This document shows positions 12,854-23,977 of a stretch of DNA of 64,000 bases, in pieces (positions within the stretch are counted from its first letter, which is position 1; every line of letters begins with the position of its first letter). The translations under genes were made by a program, and so were the position numbers. Under the pieces are notes generated by a model. The model was given only the letters and a program-made list of their open reading frames with translations. It searched no databases and had not been told where the DNA came from. The DNA is from Utricularia gibba (taxonomy: Eukaryota > Plantae > Magnoliophyta), in NCBI GenBank assembly GCA_002189035.1, contig NEEC01000012.1:2418001-2482000 (forward strand), given 5' to 3'.

Positions 12854-13899
12854 CTAAGTATTCGTTGCCCTAGTATATATCTGTTGGCTGGAATGCGCAG
12901 AAACCATTCTGATAGAGCCTCGAGCCATCAAGTCCCTGATTGCTTTTCTTGCGAGTGATCCGCTGATCTGTAGAACAGAAACTGCAATGAGGAAATGTAA
13001 ACATGCTCGAGGTCGAGAACTACAATGTTTTGCATGCATTCATTAGCCATCCCCTGCAGACCATTTGAGGTAGAATGCATCCCAAAGAAACAGAGAACCA
13101 AGTATGACAAGGTCGGAGTGAGAAACAAACATGACAATTGCATAGAATGAGGACATCCTACCATAAGAAACAGTTCTTCAACACAGGCACTTCAAGAAGA
13201 AGAAGCCATTCGAAGTAGAAGTATATACAATCTCGAATGAAAGGGTGCAGAGAAAAACTAAGGACTTCAAAACCCGGAAAAATATGGGAAAAAGCAAACA
13301 TCATGAAGACCCTATCTATGATCCACATGCATTCCAGAAACTCATCATTTTAACGAGAAAATGAAGGTCCTTCAGCAGAAGAGAGGATAATGCGTAACAT
13401 TTTTTGTTTAATATGAATATCGACGAAAGAATAGGATATCAAGCAGGAAAAGCAGCTGTTTAAATTCATGAAAAGGTTCTGTGTACGTAAATATGCTCAC
13501 CCGGAGACGATCTGAGAGCACCGAAGGGGTGATGAGCTTGTATTTCGGTGCCTCTGACAGCAATTTATCATATGTTGCTTTGTCAAAGAGAACCATGTTG
13601 TTCACTTTCTCCTTCTGCTTTCCCTTGCTCCATTTCTGTAAAAGAAATAATGCCATAAAACCAAAATTACAACCCAAGCGAGCATACATACAATCGAAGA
13701 GAAACAAATGCAGGAACTATCGCCAGACCTTTTTCTTTTGTTTCCCACCTCCTGATTTTGCCGGCTTTGACGACGGCGGGGGAGCCTTATCCTTCTTAGG
13801 AGCCTATAAATCACAGAACCAAGATGTAAAATCAATGAAGCTGGGATCAGGTAACGCAAAGCGCCCTGGTCTGAGGACCGCAGAGAGGAATCTCACCAT
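12854..13899 (-). CDS. RPS25: 40S ribosomal protein S25 (eS25), 4 exons, 108 aa
   Basis: Exons 13899-13897 (ATG), 13803-13729, 13635-13501 and 12967-12854 give [52 protein letters not shown]...[10 protein letters not shown]. Confidence 0.97.
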
Positions 13900-13973
13900 C
13901 ACAGCAGCAAACTATCTCGGAGAAGCTACAGAAAGGGGGCGGAGAGAAAACCTAATTTTGGAGCCGCACAACG

Positions 13974-14057
13974 AAACCCTAGTTTTGTTATCAATTTTGG
14001 GCCTTAAATCAAACAGTACTATACTACTCTACAAAGCCGGCTTACTGTCCGGCCCAT
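13974..14057. promoter_or_regulatory. RPS25 promoter: telo-box plus site II elements
   Basis: AAACCCTA at 13974-13981, TGGGCC at about 13998 and GGCCCA at about 14051. This is the established combination in plant ribosomal protein gene promoters. Confidence 0.7.
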
Positions 14058-14207
14058 ATACACCATAACCCCCATTAATTTCAAAAATCAAATCATTCTT
14101 CACAATATAAAACTTATTGAACAATTACAAACTGCCCCTCAAACTAATCAGAATCCACAAATGACTACAGTAAGTTTCATGTAATTCCGAAGTTGCCCCA
14201 AACTTTT

Positions 14208-15337
14208 TCATCCGTTCAGCACCTGCTTCCTTTTCATGCCGCATCTCAAAGAACCAGCCCACGATCTGCTGCCGGTGCTTGAGTTCTTGCGATTTCTAAC
14301 ATCATCAGAAGCCAAAGACATATACTCGTTCCACTCTTTCATAACTAGTTTGAGATCATGGATCTTGTTTCCCAACACAACGCAGCAGTTCGCGTGCACT
14401 GTGATCACAAGATCAAGATCATGGCGGCTCTGACAAAGCCCACCAAAGTAATCAGTGTTGAGGAACCGGATTTGTAGCCCGATTCGAGAAATGATGGGGT
14501 AAAACTTCACCAAGTTGAACACTTCTTGCTCATTCTTACCAGGGAAATAATCCCTCGCATTGTTCCAGAACTTGAAGAACTGAATGGTGCGATTGTTTGA
14601 GACTGCGTACATGAAACCCCCGTTCGGCAAGTTGTTCAAATCCGTGGAGTTCAGCTTGTAGAGGTCACAAGCAAATTGGAGATCAGCATCTCCTTGGCGT
14701 GAAACCTTGGAAATGGATTCCTTAGCCATAGTATATCTGCATCAGTGAATATGAAGTCGTATCCCATTTCAAGTACGGCGCCTAAGAAGCCGATCCTTCT
14801 CCACACCATTTTCATGTACTCAGTGCTCATGAAGTGGGTTGTTTTGGAAAGATCTGTTCCTTGGGGAGGTATAGGGATGCAATGAATGTGAATCTGCAAG
14901 CAACGGGTATAGGCTTTGTGATCGAGAGCTACTACAACCAGATGGTTCAGAAGGCTCCAGGTTTGGTTCCCGATTGTGAAGCTCTCCATGAAGAGATCGA
15001 AGATGGAGCCATGCTCCATCCATGCAGAATTGACTGTGGTTATGATCACTGTTTTGCTTCCCTCCATGGCTGCTGCTCTCAGTACTTTATCTAAGTCATC
15101 ATATTCCTTCACTGAGGCTAAGTTTTGCCTCGAAGTCTTGAAGTGGGTGTCGGAATCTTTGCTCCAAATTGGAGAATCCGTGAAATTGGTAAGGATCAAG
15201 GACGCAAGGATGATGAGAAGGAACCAGGAAATGGTTTTAAAGACTGGACGACGGTCAAAGTAATCGCGGTGGTTCTTGCGGTGGCTGCCGCCGGGCTTGA
15301 GGAAGGTCCTATCGGGGCCACCGCGTCCGAGTTCCAT
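14208..15337 (-). CDS. Nucleotide-diphospho-sugar transferase (GT77, At1g14590/At4g15970-like), intronless, frameshift near 14692
   Basis: Two overlapping ORFs join into a type II membrane protein: TM helix, TVIITTVNSAW, DLFMESF..G, LVVVALDHKAY, MVWRRIGFLG, GYDFIFTDADILWLRNPFPRF, then DADLQFACD, NLPNGGF, VITVHANCC. One added base near 14692 joins them. A true pseudogene is not excluded. Confidence 0.85.
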
Positions 15338-16448
15338 TGCTCCGGTGATGCAGGGAGATTTGTTATTGGGAATGCAGCATTATATGAATGGTGAAATGAA
15401 TGTGATCCAATCGCACAACTAAAATGTGTTCATTCTTTTCTAAAACAAAAGCATCTCCTTCTTCAATTGCGTTCTGCTATGCAGCGGTTACAAATGCTGA
15501 ACATCAGCATTTGCTTTTGTTGTCCCTCCAGTTCAACCAGAGAAATCGCCATGTGACAGTTGATGCCATACGGGAGGAGATGGCTTTCCCAAATTGCCAT
15601 TTCAAATAAATGCTCATCATTGCTCTGATTCAGGTTCTTGTTATTACACTTCACATAAGTTGGCAAGTTGGCACTCTCATTTGGAATAAACACTGTCACT
15701 GCCAGATCGATTTTCTAAGCGCCATTAAAGTTAATGGTATGATTATGTCCTTGCAACAGCACTAGCAGCAGAAGAACGATCCCCTCCAGAAACTCATCCC
15801 CGAGGATTTCAGAGCGAGACAGTTAGATTAAATGAAGAGCCTTGATATCCATATCGACATGACAAAGAGCATTCAAAGATACGCAGCACAGTTACTCAAC
15901 CAAAACTGCGTAGCAGTGGTACTACGCAAAAAGGTGGCATTTGGTGTGTTGTCGTTGTCGTTTTGGGTGAAACTCCACCATGTTTACGACACTCATACCT
16001 GATTCCATCACGCTTAGGACATCGATGTGGAGTATTCATTGCATTAAAATAATTAGATAAAGTCAGTATTATCATGGAAAATCAGAATGGCAGGGATAGA
16101 GTTCTGGAATAATGTCAAAATTTGCACTTGTAAGAGATGGGGTTTTCAGGATTCTGGAATGCTGCACAGATGTTGTTTCCTCACAATCTACATCGAAGAC
16201 TATGGAAAGTATGCATAAAAAAAGCATCCCACTGAGAAGGAATATCCGGTTCAGTGTTTGCAAGAAAGACATTCACATCTTTATGTTCCTTTGGATTTTT
16301 CAAAACGAAAAGGTGATTCAATTCACTTCTCTAAAAGTTTTCAAAAGAGAAAAAAAGTAAAGATGCTCCCTAACTTTAATGGGCAATCAATTCTGGAGAA
16401 TATAGTGTAATAAAGAGCCCTTAACACGTCTGGTATTGAATGAGTCTG

Positions 16449-17070
16449 ATGCAGAAGAACAATGCTGTTGCGGGTGCTGCTGCAGCTCTCCTCCTCCTCC
16501 TCCTCTACGCCATTCTTTCCACCTCTTTTGCAGGTAACTTCTTCACATTTTTGCCACACAGCATCAAATTTGAAACTGAATCCAACTCGAGATGCACAGT
16601 GTCATGAATATACTGTGAATACAGTCCATTGAGTTTCAAATTTTACGACCAAAGATGAATACTCTATATTGAGTTTATAAAAATGAAAATACAATAGAAA
16701 AATGTACAAAGAATACACTTTTACTCATGCTGATTTATCATTCTCGTTCTAACATATAATAAGATACAACTTTATTTTGTCTTAGTGAGGGTTTCAAATT
16801 CAATGGAGCAAAGGACTCCAACTCAAGAGGTAAGTAACTAAGTCTACAAAAATGTCGGATTCGAGCGCCATGTGCTCGCTTTGAGGTTGAAAGAGTGCAT
16901 GGATTCATGTCTTTCTTCCAATCCTGGTATAGGATTCACAATTTTTGAAGCACGAAGACGGAAGGAAGATCCATGGAAGAGCACTCAAAGACACCAGGGA
17001 TGATGACTACGGGACATATGATCCCTCACCTGCTTTCGTGAAGCCTCCTTTCAGGCTCATCCAGAATTAA
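16449..17070 (+). CDS. CIF: CASPARIAN STRIP INTEGRITY FACTOR-like peptide precursor, 3 exons, 88 aa (not in ORF track)
   Basis: Exons 16449-16533, 16786-16829 and 16933-17070 with GT-AG sites give MQKNNAVAGAAAALLLLLLYAILSTSFA-VRVSNSMEQRTPTQE-DSQFLKHEDGRKIHGRALKDTRDDDYGTYDPSPAFVKPPFRLIQN*. The last 21 aa align without gaps to AtCIF1 DYGNNSPSPRLERPPFKLIPN. Confidence 0.9.
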
Positions 17071-17503
17071 ATATGTCTGCGGTCTTGTTTGCTTTAAGAT
17101 TTGGACAGGGTTTTGTATACATTCCATCAACTGTCCAAACTCTTACACTCTGAGTCTGCAAAATGAATGAAAACAATGAGAAAGGAAACCCTAAGCTGAA
17201 GAAGTATCGAATTATGATTTTCTTCCAAAACATAGCAACTTCATGAACGATGATAAAAGGGAGACAGTTGAAGGCCACAGAAAAATGGATCTGCTTGAGG
17301 GGATTCATTGGTTCCATCATGTGAAATAACTGATGCAGCATCATTTTGAATCCTCCTCAGTGTACCCATTTCTGAGTTTGGCGAGTACCACCAATATGCC
17401 TGGGGATCTGGCGATGAGACATCATGTAGTGGTGAAATTGTTAAAACCAATTCATGGTGATTTTTTTTTTTGTTAAGATTTCATTGAATGGGTTTCAGTT
17501 AGT

Positions 17504-18042
17504 TTATTGGTAACAAAAACTGGAAGTGCTCTCCAGCAAGTCCTCAACTTGCCAACATGGTAAGGTTCCCATGAGAAGATACTCAGATATTGTGATGGCT
17601 GAATTCTGGGAGACGGCATTCTGGCTTGAAACCCAGTTCTGATGTGCACTTCCATGTGTATTGTTTCCAACTTTTATCCTTGTGAACAGGAACCTGCTGT
17701 GCTTCCTCGTGTACTGGTTAACTTGGTGTGCCGCCAGGTCGCAGTTCGTGCAAAGGATCGCTCGATCTTCCTGGCAAAACACCAGCGCCCGCTTTTCCTG
17801 CAGCAAACCGAACTGCTTAAAAAGAAGAAGGGTTTCACAGATCTCATCAAAAGTACCTTGCAGGTGTCGCAGAGCGGAGACTCTCCACGGTGGTTCTCAA
17901 CGAGGGGAGTGCGGGGATGCTGAGACGCCAGCTTGTTGGCTGAGTGGATGTGATGGTCGCAGTTGAGGCAGAGTGCAGCTTCATCGGAGGCGCAGAAAAC
18001 CCTGGCCTCCGCTCTACAGCAGACATCGCATTGGATCTTCAT
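17504..18042 (-). CDS. Double B-box zinc finger protein (BBX20/BBX21-like, group IV)
   Basis: Exon 1 (18042-17857) gives MKIQCDVC...DEAALCLNCD.HIHSANKLA..H. Exon 2 (from 17797) gives EKRALVFCQEDRAILC..CD...H...H.RFL and the conserved ISEYL.GTLP.W.VEDLL motif. The stop at 17504 assumes no further exon. Confidence 0.9.
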
Positions 18043-18207
18043 TTCACTCTGCCCTGCGCTCCACCTGAAGAAGAGAGTGAGGTCCATTTATGGGCAGATG
18101 CAGTGTGGCTGACACATGATACAGCTCGGCTACGGCAGCATTTTAAATCCCCGAAGTGGAGTTTTATCTGAGATTCAGATGTTATTCTTCTCATGGAAAA
18201 GCGATAC

Positions 18208-18240
18208 AGAGAGAGAGAGAGAGAGAGATGATGATGATGG
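18208..18240. repeat. (GA)n microsatellite followed by (ATG)n
   Basis: Direct reading. Confidence 0.85.
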
Positions 18241-18290
18241 ATAGATATTCTGCCCATTGCCAACGCCACTGTGTCGGACCGGAGGTCCGA

Positions 18291-18596
18291 AATCGGATCG
18301 ACGGTGGTTGAGAACCCGATTTGAATGGATATTAATCATAATAATTCAATTTAATAAATTAGATTAAATTTCATTAAATGATCAAATATTAATAACATGG
18401 TACTAAACCCCCTAGTTTCATCATTTTATGGTTTAAAGTTTAGGATTTAGGATTATGAATCGGATCGATGGTCATTGAGAACCGGATTTGTATGGAGTTT
18501 AATCAGAATAATTTAATTTGATAAATTATATTAAATCTTATTAAAGTATAAAGTATTAATAACATAGTACTAAACCCCCTAGTTTCATCATTTTAT
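18291..18596. repeat. Imperfect tandem duplication, two units of about 139 bp, period 167 bp
   Basis: Units 18291-18429 and 18458-18596 both start AATCGGATCGA and end TACTAAACCCCCTAGTTTCATCATTTTAT. Confidence 0.85.
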
Positions 18597-21096
18597 TAAA
18601 ATATTCTAAGCCCTTATTTTCCCATTGTTTTTTTTGTATTTAAAAAATAATGAAATTGTACAATATATATTAAAATGTTTGCTTTTGCTTTCGGATAGGG
18701 GGGCTGTGGGGTAGATGATGGGCCATCGTGATGGGGCCTCTTGCATGGCCCAAATGCAGGTTTTGCTGGACGTTTTTACCCTCCATTTGGTACAGGGTGA
18801 ATTATCTGTCTGTCTATCCTTCTTCGATGCGTTGTTCCATTCCACCTACCAATTATCGTGTATTCTTCTGCATTATTTCCATGAGTTAAGACAGGGATTT
18901 AGCTCCGAGACAGAGCAGTAGGTTTGCTGTCTTCATGAGTTTGCATCCACTGTTGACTCTTCCCTGCGCGAGACACTCTGTCATGTCTGTGCAGAGTGAC
19001 CAACCGGTTAAGTGAAATCGTCCGCCATAGATATAATCTCCATACTGCGTGACAAGGCAACCACTTGACAATGCTGTTATAACAAGTAATAATATATCTT
19101 AAAATGAAAATAAAATAATCTAATATATAAAATATCGAATCACTGATAATCAATTACACATAATTTTTTCTAATATAATTTTTTTTATGTACATAAACTT
19201 TATGTATACTTCTTTGATACATTGAATTTTTAATTTCAATATAGTATCAAAACATTTTTTTTACGACATTACTCTTGGTAGTCAATATGAGTTTTGTATT
19301 GGTGCAAATTTTAATTAAAAAAAGAGATGTAATGAGTTAAGGTAAAAGAAATTAGATTGATCTATAATTTGAACACTATCTACAATTACATAAAAAAAAA
19401 ATCTTAATTAGATGGAAGACTAATTTCTTTTTTAATGTGATTTACTATTATTGTGTAGATTTCAGATATATTGTTACCATCTATCTGATACTTAATTTCA
19501 ACAAATACATCTTCACAAGGCGAGTATCGTCTCAATAGGGTGAAGTGTGTGTGCTGCAGATTTCAGACAAGCTCCCAAGTTACCACGTTTCTTCCTCCGG
19601 TCCAATGGAAACGACTTTTCATTTAGGATCTTGAAATCGACAGCTACGTACCAGTAGAGACCTACACGGCGTTGAAGCTGAAAGACGACGGTGGCCGGCC
19701 AGGAGAGGAGAAGCCTCAGCCTCACGCGCCGCCTTAATCGCTAACATTTATCTGGAAAACATCAGACGGGGCTGCAGTGCACGTTTCTTGCTATCATTGA
19801 AAGAGCAAGTGGCCTGGCCCTGCCCTGGGTTGTGGTGTGTGTACATTGAACCGACAGCAGATCCCTCGGGGCGTGGTGGGGATCGGGAAATGGGCATCTG
19901 TTGGAGCTGCATATCTGTTTCTGGCGCAGACAGGCGATTGTGAATGAGGGCCAGCATTTATCCGATCCCACATCGGTACTCAGATCTCTCGATGCCGAGA
20001 CTCCCACGTTGCTGCGGATCCAATTCATAACCTCGACCAACCATCCAACCAGCATCATTCAATTTGCTTCCTCCCATCTTGCCTTAATTATTGATGTCTA
20101 GCAACTTCTGGAAGCATGTAGAATGAGGTATATAAAATTCTATTACAAGAGAATTAATTTTTGAATATGAATTCTTTGTGAAAATAATGAGATATTATTT
20201 TCTATATGAAAATTGATTTTAAGATTGAAAGTACAGATATATCTATTTTTATAAATATTTTAGTTATTTTAATTTTTAAATTATAATTATAATTTTAATA
20301 TAAATATATTTAAATTAAATTAATAGCATAAAATATGATTCAAAAATCATGTAATATTTTTAATATAAATAATATCGAAAACATATTTTAAAATTTATAA
20401 AATATAATTATTAATAAGTATGGATAAATATATCATTAATTATTAAAATCAATTCTCATTATTTACACTTTAAATATGAATTCATTTTGTAATAATTGTT
20501 TTTTTAAAAAATACTTCCAAACATATATTAATTCTTATTCTATCAGCATTTTAAATTTCTCTAAAATTAAATTTAAAGTGATTTTTTCAAATATAGCTAA
20601 TGTTTGTTTGATCAATGCGGTTAAACGTAATCTATAATTTATTTTACCCTTATTTTAGGGTTTTAATTAAATCTGAAATTAAAAGGAATTTTTTCAATCC
20701 TGAGTTTATTTCTCTACGTTACCTAATCCCAAATATTTTATATACTAACTAAAAATAATATAAAAAACTAATCTCGCTATATCATCTAAATTAAATAAAA
20801 TAAATTTATTTTAAGATATAATATTCATTCTAACTTTCAAATTCGACATGACGTGGCATGGAGGGAGTGTGCTGTGTTACGGCAGTCAGAATTTCTTGTT
20901 AATGATGTTATTTTTATATTATTATTATTTAATTTTTTAATGATGTATTTTAATAATATGTATACATAGCAATTTTATTTTTTAAATGATATCAATACAA
21001 CTCAATCATGAGTAACTTTGTCTATGGGATTTGAGATGTGCCCTTAGAAGGACACCCAATAAATCATTTTAAGATATATATAATTTATTTTTAAAG

Positions 21097-21100
<4 letters not shown>

Positions 21101-21133
<33 letters not shown>
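21101..21133. repeat. (AT)n microsatellite
   Basis: About 16 AT units, read directly. Confidence 0.9.
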
Positions 21134-21138
<5 letters not shown>

Positions 21139-22998
21139 TAAATTTTAATATTTATATTTTGATTTTTAAATTTTCACAGCATTCGATTGGAATTCCGTGT
21201 TTTACCGATCATATTGATCAAGATCAAAAAAAAATATTTGTATCAAAATGTAGGATTAAGCCACATTATGATGTGGGTCATATTTAAATTGGATTCGTGT
21301 TTATTTCCCAAGAATTCTTCATTTTTTTTTCTCAAATCGAATTTTTTCGAATTTGAAAACCTGACATGGTGATGTTGAGAAAAGAACAGATCTTGGTTGG
21401 ATGATGTGGGTGGGAGTTCAGACCTGATATGATCCCTTCTCCATTTCGTTTCACTTCAGTTTACTGTAGTATGTTTGGTCATCTGTCACCTCTGAATCTG
21501 TTTTAGGGTTTGGATGCTAAGGTAGGCGCAGGGTAGACTTCTTAAAGCATTTGGTGAGTTTGCCCCTCAGTCCCCGGCTTCAACCTCTGGGCAGTAAAGG
21601 TAGCAACTTGCTTTCTAGCTTCTCCTGTCAATGCCTGCTTTTCCCCCATCCACTCAAACACAACATGGGTTGCTTTTGCTTTCGCGGTGCACACACCGCT
21701 GCCACTGGTGCTTTCTTCCCTTTCTCAGCACCTGAATTTTGGGCCACCGGCTAATACTGCCCCATTGCATTAACTTCCAACTAACGCAGTCCCATGTGTG
21801 GGGAAGAATTAGGTTGGATTTGCCAACACAAGTTCTGTGCGCTGCACAAGCCATTTGTTCGAATAATCATGTCCCAGATGTGAAGGTCCAATTGAACTTC
21901 ACAAAGAAAAGGATTGATCAATTCATCAGGTCAGTAAATGGGGTTTTCAAGTTGACCTGAGGTAACAAAATAATGGCACATTCACCTTGCATAACATGTA
22001 CAAAATGGGTTGATTTTCAGGATGTTTAGTTGCTTCTGAAAGTTAGTATGCAAACCTTCAGGTGAATGTGAATCTTTTAAGCATGAGGCTGTTTAAAGCC
22101 ATGGAAGTCTGTAATAAACCTTGTAAGTAAAAATTCATGAAAGCAGCTTGGAGAAGAAGAGACAGTAAGTTTCAGCATGTAGATGCCTCAGCATATAGGA
22201 GCTTCTTTTCTAACATTTTTCTTGTGTAGAACTAGAGCAGCATTTTAGAAATCTTTTCTGTGCTTTCACCAAACTCGATACCTAGCAAGAAAATTGGCAA
22301 TGAAGAAGTGGAAACTGAGTGAGCAGTAAATTTCATGTCTCTTTCGTGCATAACATCATAACCCTTAATCTATAATCATCGCACCAGTGACTCTTCCTGT
22401 TTCCAACTTCCGACACAATCAAGGACATGCTCCATTTTGAAAGAACACAGGAGCACCAAACAGCCCCATTCTCGAGTGCCCGAGTTCCCACAGTGAACAG
22501 ATCTGTACTCAAAGCACTCAAAGATGCTCTTGGTAAGGGGCATCGCCATTGTTTGAAACTAAAATAAAGTACATTAGATACACTCACAGGAGTGATTCTT
22601 CACATCTGTCCATCTTTTATCGTGTTTAGAAGTAATTTAAGGAAACATGCATGGTGTTTGTATAATTTTTTTTAAGAATGTTTTGGTAAAACAAAAAGAT
22701 GAAACCTGGTAAGATAACTAGAAAGAAAATGAATAATTTCATTGCTGCAGAATCAGTTCTCCTCTCATGACATCTTGGAAAATCAAATGTTCTTGGGAAA
22801 CTCAGGTACAAGTTTAACAAAACCTAAAGATGCTAAGAAAGAGGCTGCTCCTTGCTTCAAAACACTTGTGGGATGAACAATCTCAATGTTTCATCCTCGA
22901 TAATCAGAAGTGTTAGTCAATCTGAATGGATTTAGACTGGTTCATTGCATGTTCAAGTCCAAACTTTCAGACGGATATTCAGAAACCCTGGCTGCATG

Positions 22999-23977
22999 TC
23001 AAGGGTTTTGGTTGTGAAAAAGCTGTGAACTTATACAAGTAAAAGCTGAGAATGGACTAGGGCTAGGGTAATGCGGAGAGGTTGTACCCGTGCCGCTTGC
23101 AGATGTTCTGGAATGAAAAAGAGGCTGCTGAAGTAAGCCAGCCGCTGGGGCTGAGAAGGAGCTTCCTCCGGTTAGAAAGTTTGCCGGTCCATCCGGTTCC
23201 GGAGGGCCCTGGTCATAGAGTATTCCGGTGAACATGTGGCCGGAGATGTTAACAGATGTCTGGTATGCATACTGATCCACCATGCTGTCAATGGAGCTCA
23301 CTCTAACGCATCGGAAAACTGCCGGAAAACTTACTTCTGCTGGAAATTCTCGCCCTTCTAACCCTAAACCAGAAAAAAGATGCTAGCTGACTAGGTAGTT
23401 TTCAGAATTGCTAATCTTTGAGATTTCAGTTTTAGAATGACAACGTTAAAAAACAAAAAAAAAACATCAGAGATTTGCCCAGATCTCTTGGTGGGTTCAG
23501 ACAGATCATGCGGGTCAGGGCAGGGGTAGGTTAGTGTGGCTAGGGTTATGCTTTGGTGAACAGTATTCAGCTGCAACAATGAAAGTGAGATTTAACAGCA
23601 ACAACGCTACACAGTGCCTATGATTTTGCGGTTGGCGAGAAGAATCTGGAACACTGTGTCGAGATGAATTAAAGTAAAAAAAGAGAGAGAGAAATACCTA
23701 GAAATAATGGTGGTTGATTTGCTCTGTATTTTTTAGGGTTTGGGTGATCGGAAATCTGGTGCATGAGAAGATGCCTGGGGCGGCGGCGAGCGACGGGGAC
23801 CCAAGTGCTTTTAACGTGTGTAGGGCACTGGAAACCATGGCTTCTGCAGCAGGTTCTGCATCTCAAATGCTCGCAATCCCTCTTCGCTAGATTCCCGCAG
23901 TCTTGGCATCGGCTGCTGGACACCGATGAACAGCTGTTGATCCCTTCTGCTTCTCCTCCTCCTCCCCCACTCATCAT
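22999..23977 (-). CDS. SHI/STY-related (SRS) zinc-finger transcription factor, 2 exons
   Basis: Exon 1 (23977-23698) gives [38 protein letters not shown]. Exon 2 (23363-22999) gives [17 protein letters not shown]...[22 protein letters not shown] (IGGH domain). Confidence 0.92.

Noticed and set aside
13300-13380. C/D snoRNA in RPS25 intron 3 (ATGATGA box C-like on the minus strand)
   Set aside because: No box D (CTGA) or terminal stem at a suitable distance.
13481-14068. 195-aa plus-strand ORF
   Set aside because: Antisense shadow across RPS25 exons, introns and promoter.
19965-20110. snRNA, 7SL, MRP or telomerase RNA gene behind the USE motif
   Set aside because: No TATA at the required spacing, no match to the U1-U6/U11/U12/U3/7SL 5' ends I recall, and no telomere template.
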